Shown here piece by piece: positions 9,638 through 22,144 of a DNA stretch of 64,000 bases. The notes beneath the pieces were generated by a model. That model was not told where the DNA came from, did not search any database, and saw only the letters and a program-made list of their open reading frames with translations. A program made the position numbers and the translations under genes. Position 1 is the stretch's first letter, and every line of letters starts with the position of its first letter. This stretch comes from Escherichia coli (lineage in GTDB: Bacteria; Pseudomonadota; Gammaproteobacteria; Enterobacterales; Enterobacteriaceae). The stretch lies in the NCBI RefSeq assembly GCF_003334385.1, contig NZ_QOWN01000003.1. One strand, given 5' to 3'.

Positions 9638-9671
9638 TAAAAATCAGCCAGGCGATAATGACCTGGCTGAT
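9638..9671 (-). terminator. rho-independent terminator downstream of yeaH
   Basis: Stem atcagccagg (9643-9652) / cctggctgat (9662-9671); on the minus strand the hairpin is followed by a T-run (A-run 9638-9642 on plus). Confidence 0.5.
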
Positions 9672-9675
9672 AGTT

Positions 9676-10971
<1,296 letters not shown>

Positions 10972-11071
10972 CTACATTTGCCAACTGTATGCTACGCCTG
11001 TGTTGCCGCTTCTCAGGCCCACGGTTCGCTGTCGTTGTAGGCCCGGTAACATGTGTACCGGGCCAGGGTTG

Positions 11072-13006
11072 TTAAGACGATTTACGTACGCGCAAATACC
11101 ATTCGCACAGTAAACGCACCTGTTTACGGGTGTAGCCTTTTTCCATCATACGGTCGACAAAGTCGTCGTGTTTCTTCTGCTCGTCGGTTGACGTTTTGGC
11201 GTTAAACGAGATAACCGGCAACAGCTCCTCGGTATTGGAGAACATTTTCTTCTCGATGACCGTGCGCAGTTTTTCATAGCTGGTCCAGTTCGGATTGCGT
11301 CCGCTGTTATTCGCTCTGGCGCGCAGTACGAAGTTAACAATCTCGTTGCGGAAATCTTTTGGATTACTGATCCCCGCCGGTTTCTCGATTTTCTCCAGCT
11401 CGGCGTTAAGAGACTCGCGGTCAAACAGCTGCCCGGTATCCGGATCGTGATACTCCTGATCCTGAATCCAGAAATCCGCGTAGGTAACATAACGGTCGAA
11501 AATGTTTTGCCCATATTCGGAATAGGATTCAAGGTAGGCCGTCTGGATCTCTTTGCCGATAAACTCGGCATATTTCGGGATCAGATAACCTTTCAGGAAC
11601 TCCAGATAGCGTTCTGCCTGCTCTTGTGGGAACTGCTCGCGCTCAATCTGCTGTTCCAGGACGTAGAACAGATGGACCGGGTTTGCTGCCACTTCTACAT
11701 GATCGAAGTTGAACACGCGGGAGAGGATCTTAAACGCAAAACGCGTCGACAGACCGTTCATCCCTTCATCGACACCGGCGTAGTCACGATATTCCTGATA
11801 CGACTTGGCTTTGGGATCGGTGTCTTTCAGACTTTCGCCATCATAAACCCGCATCTTTGAATAAATGCTGGAGTTTTCTGGCTCTTTCAGGCGCGAAAGA
11901 ATGGAAAAACGTGACAGTGTTTCGAGCGTGCCAGGGGCGCATGGGGCGTGAGTCAATTCACTGTGATTAAGCAATTTCTCGTAGATTTTGATCTCTTCGG
12001 AAATGCGCAAGCAATACGGCACCTTCACGATGTAAACACGATCGAGGAAGGCTTCGTTGTTTTTGTTATTACGGAAAGTGACCCATTCGGACTCGTTCGA
12101 GTGTGCGAGAATAATCCCGTTGAACGGCAGGGCGGAGATACCTTCCGTCCCGTTGTAGTTACCTTCCTGAGTGGCGGTTAACAAGGGATGCAGCACTTTA
12201 ATCGGTGCTTTAAACATCTCAACGAATTCCATGATCCCCTGATTGGCGCGGCACAGCGCACCGGAATAGCCGTAGGCGTCCGGGTCATTCTGCGCGTAGT
12301 GTTCGAGTTTACGAATATCGACTTTCCCAACCAGCGCGGAGATGTCCTGGTTGTTCTCATCGCCGGGTTCCGTTTTGGCGATAGCAATTTGTTGCAGAAT
12401 TGACGGCCAGACCTTCACTACCCGGAACTTAGTGATATCGCCACCAAATTCATGCAGGCGTTTTGCCGCCCACGGCGACATGATGGTGCCGAGATAACGG
12501 CGAGGAATGCCATACTCTTTTTCCAGAATCTGCGCATCTTCCTGCGGATTGAAAAGACAGAACGGATGATCGTTGACCGGGCTACGCTCACCGTTCGCGC
12601 TCAATACATAAATCGGTACGAGCTGCATTAATGATTTCAGTCGCTCAGCAAGCGATGATTTACCCCCACCCACAGGCCCCAGCAGATACAGGATTTGTTT
12701 CTTCTCTTCCAGCCCCTGAGCCGCGTGTTTCAGATAAGAGACAATCTGTTCAATCGCGTCTTCCATGCCGTAAAACTCTTCAAACGCCGGATAACGTGCA
12801 ATGACCCGGTTAGAAAAGAGTCGAGAAAGTCTGGGTTCCTGGGCTGTATCGACCATGACAGGCTCACCGATAGCCATCAATAGCCGCTCAGCCGCGTTGG
12901 CATAAGCACTGCGATCTTGCCGACAAGTGGTAAGAAACTCCTGCAGTGTGAACTCTTCGTCCTTGGCAGCTTCATATCGCTGGCGATAGTGATCGAATAT
13001 ATTCAT
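11072..13006 (-). CDS. yeaG: PrkA-family serine protein kinase YeaG
   Basis: 644-aa ORF with Walker-A-like LLGPVGGGKSSLAERL near the N-terminus; synteny with yeaH. Confidence 0.9.
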   Translation of the reverse strand: MNIFDHYRQRYEAAKDEEFTLQEFLTTCRQDRSAYANAAERLLMAIGEPVMVDTAQEPRLSRLFSNRVIARYPAFEEFYGMEDAIEQIVSYLKHAAQGLEEKKQILYLLGPVGGGKSSLAERLKSLMQLVPIYVLSANGERSPVNDHPFCLFNPQEDAQILEKEYGIPRRYLGTIMSPWAAKRLHEFGGDITKFRVVKVWPSILQQIAIAKTEPGDENNQDISALVGKVDIRKLEHYAQNDPDAYGYSGALCRANQGIMEFVEMFKAPIKVLHPLLTATQEGNYNGTEGISALPFNGIILAHSNESEWVTFRNNKNNEAFLDRVYIVKVPYCLRISEEIKIYEKLLNHSELTHAPCAPGTLETLSRFSILSRLKEPENSSIYSKMRVYDGESLKDTDPKAKSYQEYRDYAGVDEGMNGLSTRFAFKILSRVFNFDHVEVAANPVHLFYVLEQQIEREQFPQEQAERYLEFLKGYLIPKYAEFIGKEIQTAYLESYSEYGQNIFDRYVTYADFWIQDQEYHDPDTGQLFDRESLNAELEKIEKPAGISNPKDFRNEIVNFVLRARANNSGRNPNWTSYEKLRTVIEKKMFSNTEELLPVISFNAKTSTDEQKKHDDFVDRMMEKGYTRKQVRLLCEWYLRVRKSS

Positions 13007-13109
13007 GGTATGCCGTCCTTTCGTTTTTTAGCACAGGTTAAGAGCCGTTCATATGAATAGTAGAGGCTCCCGGAAGAGGTAAACTGAACGACGTCTCTTG
13101 CTAAAACAC

Positions 13110-13125
13110 AGCAACTCTCATGCCA
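13110..13125 (-). promoter_or_regulatory. candidate sigma54 (-24/-12) promoter for yeaG-yeaH
   Basis: Minus strand reads TGGCATG-AGAG-TTGCT, matching TGGCACG-N4-TTGCW with correct GG/GC spacing, about 100 nt upstream of the yeaG start; yeaG is described as NtrC/sigma54-dependent. Confidence 0.45.
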
Positions 13126-13441
13126 TTTTATCGACGATGAGAACAACGTGCCCGGTGATACACCTTCAAAATTAAGCGTAGATGGCAAATGGAAAACTTG
13201 CCTGCACGGCTTTCTTAATTTCAATGGCATATCAACAACTCATCCATAAATTTTGCATAATTAATGTAAAGACCAGGCTCGCCAGTAACGCTAAATTCAT
13301 TTGGCTGTAAGCGCGGTGTCATCCGCGTCAGGAAAATTAAACAGTTACTTTAAAAAATGAAAACGTAAAAAGGTTGGGTTTCGATGTATTGACGGGTAAA
13401 CTTTGTCGCCCGCTAAACATTTGTTTAAGGAATGATTAATT

Positions 13442-14188
13442 GTGACCAAACTCAAACTTCTGGCACTTGGAGTGCTTATCGCAACGTCTGCAGGCGTAGC
13501 GCACGCTGAAGGTAAATTTTCCCTGGGCGCAGGCGTAGGTGTCGTTGAACACCCATATAAAGATTACGATACCGATGTTTACCCAGTACCGGTAATCAAC
13601 TATGAAGGCGATAACTTCTGGTTCCGTGGCTTAGGTGGTGGTTACTACCTGTGGAATGACGCAACGGATAAACTTTCAATTACCGCTTACTGGTCGCCGC
13701 TTTACTTCAAAGCGAAAGACAGTGGCGATCACCAAATGCGTCACCTGGATGACCGTAAGAGCACCATGATGGCTGGTCTGTCTTATGCTCACTTTACCCA
13801 GTACGGTTACCTGCGTACCACCCTGGCTGGCGATACCCTGGATAACAGCAACGGCATCGTCTGGGATATGGCCTGGTTGTATCGTTACACCAACGGTGGC
13901 CTGACCGTGACTCCGGGTATTGGTGTGCAGTGGAACAGCGAAAACCAGAACGAATACTATTATGGCGTATCGCGCAAAGAGTCCGCTCGCAGCGGTCTGC
14001 GTGGCTATAACCCGAACGACAGCTGGAGCCCTTACCTGGAGCTGAGCGCCAGCTACAACTTCCTCGGCGACTGGAGTGTTTACGGTACCGCACGCTACAC
14101 CCGTCTGTCTGATGAAGTTACTGACAGCCCGATGGTGGATAAATCCTGGACTGGCCTGATTTCTACCGGGATCACCTACAAATTCTGA
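13442..14188 (+). CDS. mipA: MltA-interacting outer-membrane protein MipA
   Basis: 248-aa ORF with GTG start, signal peptide (LLALGVLIATSAGVAHA) and beta-barrel-like alternating hydrophobicity ending in ...TYKF. Confidence 0.9.
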   Translation: MTKLKLLALGVLIATSAGVAHAEGKFSLGAGVGVVEHPYKDYDTDVYPVPVINYEGDNFWFRGLGGGYYLWNDATDKLSITAYWSPLYFKAKDSGDHQMRHLDDRKSTMMAGLSYAHFTQYGYLRTTLAGDTLDNSNGIVWDMAWLYRYTNGGLTVTPGIGVQWNSENQNEYYYGVSRKESARSGLRGYNPNDSWSPYLELSASYNFLGDWSVYGTARYTRLSDEVTDSPMVDKSWTGLISTGITYKF

Positions 14189-14216
14189 TAATGCATCTTT
14201 CCAGGGCATTTTGTGC

Positions 14217-14246
14217 ATAAAAACAGGGCGTCACGCCCTGTTTTGC
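14217..14246 (+). terminator. rho-independent terminator downstream of mipA
   Basis: Stem cagggcg (14224-14230) / cgccctg (14234-14240), loop tca, then TTTT 14241-14244. Confidence 0.55.
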
Positions 14247-14277
14247 ATTACGGTGGTGCAATACCTGGGAGGAAACA

Positions 14278-15132
14278 ATGCAACAAAAAATGATTCAATT
14301 TAGTGGCGATGTCTCACTGCCAGCCGTAGGGCAGGGAACATGGTATATGGGCGAAGATGCCAGTCAGCGCAAAACAGAAGTTGCTGCACTACGCGCGGGC
14401 ATTGAACTCGGTTTAACCCTCATTGATACCGCCGAAATGTATGCCGATGGCGGTGCCGAAAAGGTGGTTGGGGAAGCATTAACCGGTCTGCGAGAGAAGG
14501 TCTTTCTCGTCTCTAAAGTCTATCCGTGGAATGCTGGCGGGCAAAAAGCGATAAATGCATGCGAAGCCAGTTTACGCCGTCTCAATACTGATTATCTCGA
14601 TCTTTACTTATTACACTGGTCTGGCAGTTTCGCTTTTGAAGAGACTGTCGCAGCGATGGAAAAATTGATCGCCCAGGGAAAAATCCGCCGCTGGGGCGTT
14701 TCTAACCTTGATTATGCTGATATGCAGGAACTCTGGCAGCTGCCGGGGGGAAATCAGTGTGCCACTAATCAGGTGCTTTACCATCTCGGTTCACGAGGAA
14801 TTGAGTACGATCTACTCCCCTGGTGCCAGCAACAGCAGATGCCGGTGATGGCTTACAGTCCGTTAGCCCAGGCCGGGCGGTTGCGCAATGGACTGTTAAA
14901 AAACGCGGTAGTCAACGAAATTGCACATGCTCACAATATCAGCGCGGCACAAGTATTGTTGGCGTGGGTGATCAGTCATCAGGGTGTGATGGCGATTCCA
15001 AAAGCGGCCACGATTGCCCATGTCCAACAAAATGCGGCTGTGCTTGAGGTCGAACTTTCTTCAGCGGAATTAGCTATGCTGGATAAGGCATATCCGGCAC
15101 CAAAAGGAAAAACTGCGCTGGATATGGTGTGA
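14278..15132 (+). CDS. yeaE: aldo-keto reductase YeaE
   Basis: 284-aa ORF with AKR-family features; synteny. Confidence 0.9.
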   Translation: MQQKMIQFSGDVSLPAVGQGTWYMGEDASQRKTEVAALRAGIELGLTLIDTAEMYADGGAEKVVGEALTGLREKVFLVSKVYPWNAGGQKAINACEASLRRLNTDYLDLYLLHWSGSFAFEETVAAMEKLIAQGKIRRWGVSNLDYADMQELWQLPGGNQCATNQVLYHLGSRGIEYDLLPWCQQQQMPVMAYSPLAQAGRLRNGLLKNAVVNEIAHAHNISAAQVLLAWVISHQGVMAIPKAATIAHVQQNAAVLEVELSSAELAMLDKAYPAPKGKTALDMV

Positions 15133-15133
15133 T

Positions 15134-15168
15134 GTTGTGTGCCGGATGCATTGCACCCGGCACACAAC
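15134..15168. other. 12-bp perfect inverted repeat between convergent yeaE and yeaD (terminator-like hairpin, no U-tract)
   Basis: gttgtgtgccgg (15134-15145) pairs with ccggcacacaac (15157-15168); the 11-nt loop itself contains the palindrome tgcattgca. Confidence 0.35.
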
Positions 15169-15179
15169 ATTAACGTAAA

Positions 15180-16064
15180 TTAACGTTTCGCAACGCGAAT
15201 GGATTGCGCCAGATGTGCAGGTTTCTCTTTGGTCACTTTTTGCGTTTCTGAAGCGTAAGCCGTTTCTACACAAACAAATGTTTTGTAGCCATCATCCGGC
15301 ATATCGCCCATGCTAATTGAAAGCGCCGGTCCCGGGTTCCAGCCGACAACGTTCAGATGATGCTGGTGGCCTACGGCGATAATACGATTCAGCGCTTCAT
15401 CATTAATCACGCTGCAATCTTGTGAATTCAGATACACGCGATCGGTACGGTCAGGGAAGGTCTGAATACCATCGGTCAGTACATTTTCTTTCGCGTCATT
15501 CACTTTATCAATGAAGCGATCGCCCAGCCCACTGACGCTTACCTTAGCGATATCACCCACGTTAAAGTAGGTATGCAGGGCAGAGGTGGTTTCAAATTCG
15601 CCATGTGATTCAAGATCGATTTCACAAGTTTTACCCACGCGGAAATGCGCTAACAGCGTAAAGTCGTGCGGCCAGAATTTTTTCGTCTCTTCGCTTTGCG
15701 TCAATTCAAAAGTCAGCGCTACGCCATCAGCATCTTCATGATGTGATTTCAGCGTCCACGGCAGGTTGCGGGCAAAACCGTGCGCAGGCAGACCTTGTTG
15801 TGCCGCCGGACCAAACCACGGCCAGCAAACCGGTACGCCACCGCGAATAGCGACGCCATTTTTGAACGGTGTGTTGTTGCTCAACCACAGAACTTCTTCT
15901 TCACCCGCAGGTTTCCACGAGAGAAGGTGTGCGCCCTGTAATGCAAAAGAGGCTTTTACCTGGGGATGATCGACCACAATGAGGTCCAGTTCATCCAGTT
16001 TACGACGGGAGAGGACAGGGGAGATTTGTTCGATGACCGGAAGGGCAAAAATTTTCTTAATCAT
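15180..16064 (-). CDS. yeaD: glucose-6-phosphate 1-epimerase (aldose-1-epimerase family) YeaD
   Basis: ORF 15180..16085; ATG at 16064 gives the 294-aa product MIKKIFALPVIEQISPVLSRR... Confidence 0.85.
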   Translation of the reverse strand: MIKKIFALPVIEQISPVLSRRKLDELDLIVVDHPQVKASFALQGAHLLSWKPAGEEEVLWLSNNTPFKNGVAIRGGVPVCWPWFGPAAQQGLPAHGFARNLPWTLKSHHEDADGVALTFELTQSEETKKFWPHDFTLLAHFRVGKTCEIDLESHGEFETTSALHTYFNVGDIAKVSVSGLGDRFIDKVNDAKENVLTDGIQTFPDRTDRVYLNSQDCSVINDEALNRIIAVGHQHHLNVVGWNPGPALSISMGDMPDDGYKTFVCVETAYASETQKVTKEKPAHLAQSIRVAKR

Positions 16065-16096
16065 GACGCAGTCCTTTAACTTCATTTTATCAGGTA

Positions 16097-16127
16097 AAAA
16101 AAAGAGCGACCGAAGTCGCTCTTTTTA
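16097..16127 (-). terminator. rho-independent terminator of gapA
   Basis: Stem agagcgac (16104-16111) / gtcgctct (16116-16123), loop cgaa, flanked by A8 and T5; on the minus strand a hairpin followed by a long U-run directly after the gapA stop. Confidence 0.6.
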
Positions 16128-16147
16128 GATCACAGTGTCATCTCAAC

Positions 16148-17155
<1,008 letters not shown>

Positions 17156-17484
17156 CTATTTGTTAGTGAATAAAAGGTTGCCTGTAAAATTACAAAAACC
17201 TTACGCAGCGTCAAGCGGAATCGTGTCAATCATTGCGACAAATCAATCCTGTGCCTAAGCATTACGCGACTGACTCGCCTCACTCTTCCTTTGGGCTTGA
17301 GACCACATGGGGTCGGCGCCCCGAATTTTAAAGGGCAATTACGATAAAAATGTGATTTTCATCACGATTTAGGTGCAGCCATTTCGTCGAGATCAAGTTT
17401 AGGACAAAATTTTGCCAGTTGGTGTTAATGTTTTGTTAGAATCGGTCACGTAATGTGAGCACGATTAAAGTGAGATGTGAGCAA

Positions 17485-17898
17485 ATGGCTAATAAACCTT
17501 CGGCAGAAGAACTGAAAAAAAATTTGTCCGAGATGCAGTTTTACGTGACGCAGAATCATGGGACAGAGCCGCCATTTACGGGTCGTTTACTGCATAACAA
17601 GCGTGACGGCGTATATCACTGTTTGATCTGCGATGCCCCGCTGTTTCATTCCCAAACCAAGTATGATTCCGGCTGTGGCTGGCCCAGTTTCTACGAACCG
17701 GTAAGTGAAGAATCCATTCGTTATATCAAAGACTTGTCACATGGAATGCAGCGCATAGAAATTCGTTGCGGTAACTGTGATGCCCATCTGGGGCATGTCT
17801 TCCCCGACGGGCCGCAGCCAACGGGCGAACGTTATTGTGTTAACTCTGCCTCTTTACGCTTTACCGATGGCGAAAACGGCGAAGAAATCAACGGTTGA
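17485..17898 (+). CDS. msrB: peptide methionine sulfoxide reductase MsrB
   Basis: 137-aa product from the internal ATG ([12 protein letters not shown]...) with CxxC zinc motifs ([21 protein letters not shown]) and the SelR motif. Confidence 0.9.
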
Positions 17899-17939
17899 AA
17901 AAACGATTCAGCAACTTATTCCACAGGAGCGGAAAAATT

Positions 17940-18212
17940 ATGAATCTTGATGACATTATCAACAGCATGATGCCTGAGGTATACCAGCGTTTGTCGACCG
18001 CCGTTGAACTGGGGAAATGGCCTGATGGCGTTGCGTTGACCGAGGAACAAAAAGAGAACTGCCTGCAACTGGTGATGCTGTGGCAAGCCCGCCATAATAT
18101 CGAAGCACAGCATATGACAATTGACACAAATGGTCAGATGGTCATGAAGAGCAAACAGCAGTTAAAAGAAGATTTTGGTATCTCAGCAAAGCCTATTGCC
18201 ATGTTTAAGTAA
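17940..18212 (+). CDS. yeaC: DUF1315-family protein YeaC (90 aa)
   Basis: ORF overlapping the msrB stop; ATG at 17940 (MNLDDIINSMMPEVYQRL...) gives the expected 90 aa. Confidence 0.8.
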   Translation: MNLDDIINSMMPEVYQRLSTAVELGKWPDGVALTEEQKENCLQLVMLWQARHNIEAQHMTIDTNGQMVMKSKQQLKEDFGISAKPIAMFK

Positions 18213-18581
18213 GTGGTTCATCCCCTTTTTGCCTCGGCTATGAAGGGGATAGCCAACAATGACCCCACGACTCATCTCAATTATCTCGCCATGACCTGGC
18301 TAAGTCCCAGTCCGATCTCTTGCCGTCCCGTTCACAACTGAATGACTTCTCCTGAACTTAAGTCTCAGACCTATTTGGCCGGTAATCCCTCTCGAATTTG
18401 CTCTTTTTGCGCCCCGCCTTCCATCAACCTGTAACAGACCCAGCCATTTTCTGCGTAATTGTGATCTGAGTTGTAAAACGCAGATCATTATCTGTGCTTT
18501 ACAGATTTAATGTTGACCTCAAAAATCATGTGGGTAAGTATGATGGCCATCTAAGCAAAACTAAACACAGAGGATGACGCA

Positions 18582-19658
18582 ATGAAAGCACTGGCTCGGT
18601 TTGGCAAGGCCTTTGGCGGCTACAAGATGATTGATGTCCCACAACCCATGTGTGGCCCGGAAGATGTAGTGATTGAAATTAAAGCCGCGGCAATCTGCGG
18701 CGCAGACATGAAGCACTACAATGTCGATAGCGGTTCTGATGAGTTTAACTCTATCCGCGGCCATGAGTTCGCAGGTTGTATTGCGCAGGTTGGTGAAAAA
18801 GTCAAAGACTGGAAAGTGGGGCAACGCGTCGTATCGGATAACAGCGGTCACGTTTGCGGTGTTTGTCCGGCCTGTGAACAAGGTGATTTTCTGTGTTGTA
18901 CAGAAAAAGTAAACCTTGGTCTGGATAATAATACCTGGGGCGGTGGTTTTTCCAAATATTGTCTGGTTCCTGGTGAAATTCTCAAAATTCATCGTCATGC
19001 GTTGTGGGAAATCCCTGATGGTGTTGATTATGAGGACGCAGCCGTACTTGACCCTATCTGTAATGCCTACAAATCCATCGCGCAGCAATCGAAATTCCTT
19101 CCTGGTCAGGATGTGGTCGTCATCGGCACTGGCCCACTCGGGCTGTTCTCCGTACAAATGGCGCGAATTATGGGGGCGGTAAATATCGTCGTCGTTGGTC
19201 TGCAAGAAGATGTGGCGGTCCGCTTCCCGGTTGCAAAAGAACTGGGTGCGACGGCAGTAGTAAATGGTTCTACCGAAGATGTGGTGGCGCGCTGCCAGCA
19301 AATTTGTGGCAAAGACAATCTGGGACTGGTGATTGAATGCTCCGGTGCCAATATCGCACTGAAACAAGCCATCGAAATGCTCCGCCCGAACGGGGAAGTG
19401 GTACGCGTTGGAATGGGCTTCAAACCTCTTGATTTCTCGATTAATGACATTACCGCCTGGAACAAAAGCATCATTGGGCATATGGCCTATGACTCCACCT
19501 CATGGCGTAACGCTATCAGGCTATTAGCCAGCGGCGCTATCAAAGTCAAACCGATGATCACGCATCGTATCGGCCTGTCGCAATGGCGCGAAGGGTTTGA
19601 TGCGATGGTCGATAAAACCGCAATCAAAGTGATCATGACTTACGACTTTGATGAATAA
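18582..19658 (+). CDS. ydjL: Zn-dependent medium-chain alcohol/polyol dehydrogenase YdjL
   Basis: 358-aa ORF with MDR-family zinc and NAD motifs (GHEFAGCIAQVG, VVVIGTGPLG); first gene of the ydjLKJIHG cluster. Confidence 0.9.
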   Translation: MKALARFGKAFGGYKMIDVPQPMCGPEDVVIEIKAAAICGADMKHYNVDSGSDEFNSIRGHEFAGCIAQVGEKVKDWKVGQRVVSDNSGHVCGVCPACEQGDFLCCTEKVNLGLDNNTWGGGFSKYCLVPGEILKIHRHALWEIPDGVDYEDAAVLDPICNAYKSIAQQSKFLPGQDVVVIGTGPLGLFSVQMARIMGAVNIVVVGLQEDVAVRFPVAKELGATAVVNGSTEDVVARCQQICGKDNLGLVIECSGANIALKQAIEMLRPNGEVVRVGMGFKPLDFSINDITAWNKSIIGHMAYDSTSWRNAIRLLASGAIKVKPMITHRIGLSQWREGFDAMVDKTAIKVIMTYDFDE

Positions 19659-19684
19659 CCACTCTCCTGAAGGAACGTTATCGC

Positions 19685-21064
19685 ATGGAACAGATAACAA
19701 AACCGCATTGTGGTGCACGGCTGGATCGCTTACCGGATTGCCGCTGGCATTCATCAATGTTTGCCATCGTCGCGTTTGGCTTGCTTGTCTGCTGGAGTAA
19801 TGCCGTTGGTGGCTTGATCCTCGCGCAGCTGAAAGCGTTGGGCTGGACAGATAATTCCACCACAGCCACATTCTCAGCAATCACGACCGCCGGAATGTTT
19901 CTCGGTGCGCTGGTGGGCGGCATCATTGGCGACAAAACCGGTCGCAGAAATGCGTTCATCCTCTATGAGGCCATTCATATTGCCTCGATGGTTGTCGGTG
20001 CTTTCTCACCGAATATGGATTTCCTTATTGCCTGCCGTTTTGTGATGGGAGTTGGGCTGGGAGCTTTACTGGTTACGCTGTTTGCTGGTTTCACCGAATA
20101 TATGCCCGGTAGAAATCGTGGAACGTGGTCAAGTCGGGTTTCCTTTATTGGCAACTGGTCATATCCGCTCTGTTCATTGATAGCGATGGGACTCACGCCG
20201 CTGATTAGTGCAGAGTGGAACTGGCGGGTACAACTGCTTATCCCTGCAATATTGTCGCTTATCGCTACGGCGCTGGCCTGGCGCTACTTTCCTGAATCCC
20301 CGCGCTGGCTGGAATCGCGCGGACGGTATCAGGAAGCCGAGAAAGTCATGCGGAGTATAGAAGAAGGCGTCATACGCCAGACGGGTAAACCTTTGCCGCC
20401 TGTGGTTATTGCTGATGACGGTAAAGCGCCACAAGCGGTGCCGTATTCAGCCTTACTGACAGGAGTATTACTGAAACGCGTGATATTAGGCTCTTGTGTG
20501 CTGATTGCCATGAACGTTGTGCAGTACACACTAATTAACTGGTTGCCAACAATATTCATGACCCTGGGGATTAATTTAAAAGACTCGATTGTTTTAAATA
20601 CCATGAGTATGTTTGGCGCGCCATTTGGTATTTTTATTGCCATGCTGGTGATGGATAAAATTCCGCGTAAAACAATGGGTGTGGGGCTATTAATCCTGAT
20701 TGCGGTGCTCGGATATATCTATTCACTGCAAACCAGTATGTTGCTCATAACGTTGATTGGTTTCTTCCTGATTACTTTCGTCTATATGTACGTTTGCTAT
20801 GCCTCGGCAGTGTATGTCCCTGAAATCTGGCCGACAGAGGCCAAACTCCGTGGCTCCGGTCTGGCGAATGCGGTAGGGCGAATCAGTGGTATTGCCGCAC
20901 CTTATGCCGTTGCAGTGCTGCTCAGTAGTTATGGCGTTACGGGAGTCTTTATTCTTCTGGGGGCGGTTTCAATTATTGTCGCAATTGCTATCGCCACCAT
21001 TGGAATCGAAACCAAAGGTGTCTCCGTTGAAAGTTTAAGTATTGATGCAGTAGCCAATAAATAA
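19685..21064 (+). CDS. ydjK: MFS transporter YdjK
   Basis: 459-aa polytopic ORF; paralogous to the downstream ydjE. Confidence 0.9.
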   Translation: MEQITKPHCGARLDRLPDCRWHSSMFAIVAFGLLVCWSNAVGGLILAQLKALGWTDNSTTATFSAITTAGMFLGALVGGIIGDKTGRRNAFILYEAIHIASMVVGAFSPNMDFLIACRFVMGVGLGALLVTLFAGFTEYMPGRNRGTWSSRVSFIGNWSYPLCSLIAMGLTPLISAEWNWRVQLLIPAILSLIATALAWRYFPESPRWLESRGRYQEAEKVMRSIEEGVIRQTGKPLPPVVIADDGKAPQAVPYSALLTGVLLKRVILGSCVLIAMNVVQYTLINWLPTIFMTLGINLKDSIVLNTMSMFGAPFGIFIAMLVMDKIPRKTMGVGLLILIAVLGYIYSLQTSMLLITLIGFFLITFVYMYVCYASAVYVPEIWPTEAKLRGSGLANAVGRISGIAAPYAVAVLLSSYGVTGVFILLGAVSIIVAIAIATIGIETKGVSVESLSIDAVANK

Positions 21065-21080
21065 TACGGGTGGATTCAAA

Positions 21081-22124
21081 ATGAAAAATTCAAAAGCAAT
21101 ATTGCAGGTGCCGGGCACAATGAAAATTATTTCAGCAGAAATACCAGTGCCTAAAGAAGATGAAGTTTTGATTAAAGTAGAATATGTCGGTATTTGTGGT
21201 TCAGATGTACATGGTTTTGAATCAGGCCCGTTTATTCCGCCTAAAGACCCAAATCAAGAAATTGGCCTGGGTCATGAATGCGCCGGGACGGTTGTGGCTG
21301 TGGGAAGCCGCGTGCGCAAATTTAAACCGGGGGATCGGGTAAATATCGAACCTGGCGTTCCTTGCGGTCACTGTCGTTACTGTCTGGAAGGCAAATATAA
21401 CATCTGCCCGGACGTTGATTTTATGGCGACACAACCCAACTACCGCGGCGCATTAACGCACTATCTGTGTCATCCGGAGAGCTTTACTTACAAACTGCCC
21501 GACAATATGGACACGATGGAAGGGGCGCTGGTGGAGCCTGCCGCAGTCGGGATGCATGCCGCGATGCTGGCAGATGTTAAACCGGGTAAGAAGATAATTA
21601 TTCTGGGAGCAGGTTGTATTGGTTTGATGACGTTGCAAGCGTGCAAATGCCTGGGAGCAACGGAAATTGCCGTCGTTGATGTGCTGGAAAAACGTCTGGC
21701 AATGGCGGAACAGCTTGGTGCGACAGTGGTTATTAACGGCGCAAAAGAAGACACTATTGCACGCTGTCAGCAATTTACCGAAGACATGGGCGCAGATATT
21801 GTTTTCGAAACAGCGGGTTCTGCGGTCACCGTTAAACAGGCACCTTATCTGGTAATGCGCGGCGGTAAAATTATGATTGTTGGTACTGTACCCGGCGATT
21901 CGGCAATCAATTTCCTCAAAATCAATCGCGAAGTCACTATCCAGACGGTATTCCGCTATGCCAATCGTTATCCGGTCACGATTGAAGCTATTTCTTCAGG
22001 GCGATTCGATGTGAAATCGATGGTGACGCATATTTACGATTATCGGGATGTACAACAGGCATTTGAAGAGTCAGTTAACAACAAACGCGACATTATTAAA
22101 GGCGTTATTAAAATTAGCGATTAA
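21081..22124 (+). CDS. ydjJ: Zn-dependent alcohol/polyol dehydrogenase YdjJ
   Basis: 347-aa ORF with MDR motifs (GHECAGTVVAVG, IIILGAGCIG). Confidence 0.9.
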   Translation: MKNSKAILQVPGTMKIISAEIPVPKEDEVLIKVEYVGICGSDVHGFESGPFIPPKDPNQEIGLGHECAGTVVAVGSRVRKFKPGDRVNIEPGVPCGHCRYCLEGKYNICPDVDFMATQPNYRGALTHYLCHPESFTYKLPDNMDTMEGALVEPAAVGMHAAMLADVKPGKKIIILGAGCIGLMTLQACKCLGATEIAVVDVLEKRLAMAEQLGATVVINGAKEDTIARCQQFTEDMGADIVFETAGSAVTVKQAPYLVMRGGKIMIVGTVPGDSAINFLKINREVTIQTVFRYANRYPVTIEAISSGRFDVKSMVTHIYDYRDVQQAFEESVNNKRDIIKGVIKISD

Positions 22125-22144
22125 TTAATACGGGAGAACAGAAC

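Noticed and set aside
13003-13230. 75-aa minus-strand ORF immediately upstream of yeaG
   Set aside because: Lies in the yeaG promoter and 5' UTR (it contains the sigma54 element) and overlaps the yeaG start; more likely non-coding leader than a gene.
13676-14218. 180-aa minus-strand ORF, plus nested 99-aa ORF, antisense to mipA
   Set aside because: Overlaps the mipA coding sequence; the mipA frame has a clear signal peptide and beta-barrel pattern, the antisense frame does not.
18561-19481. 306-aa minus-strand ORF antisense to ydjL
   Set aside because: Completely overlaps a well-supported dehydrogenase gene on the other strand; no start context or domain signature.
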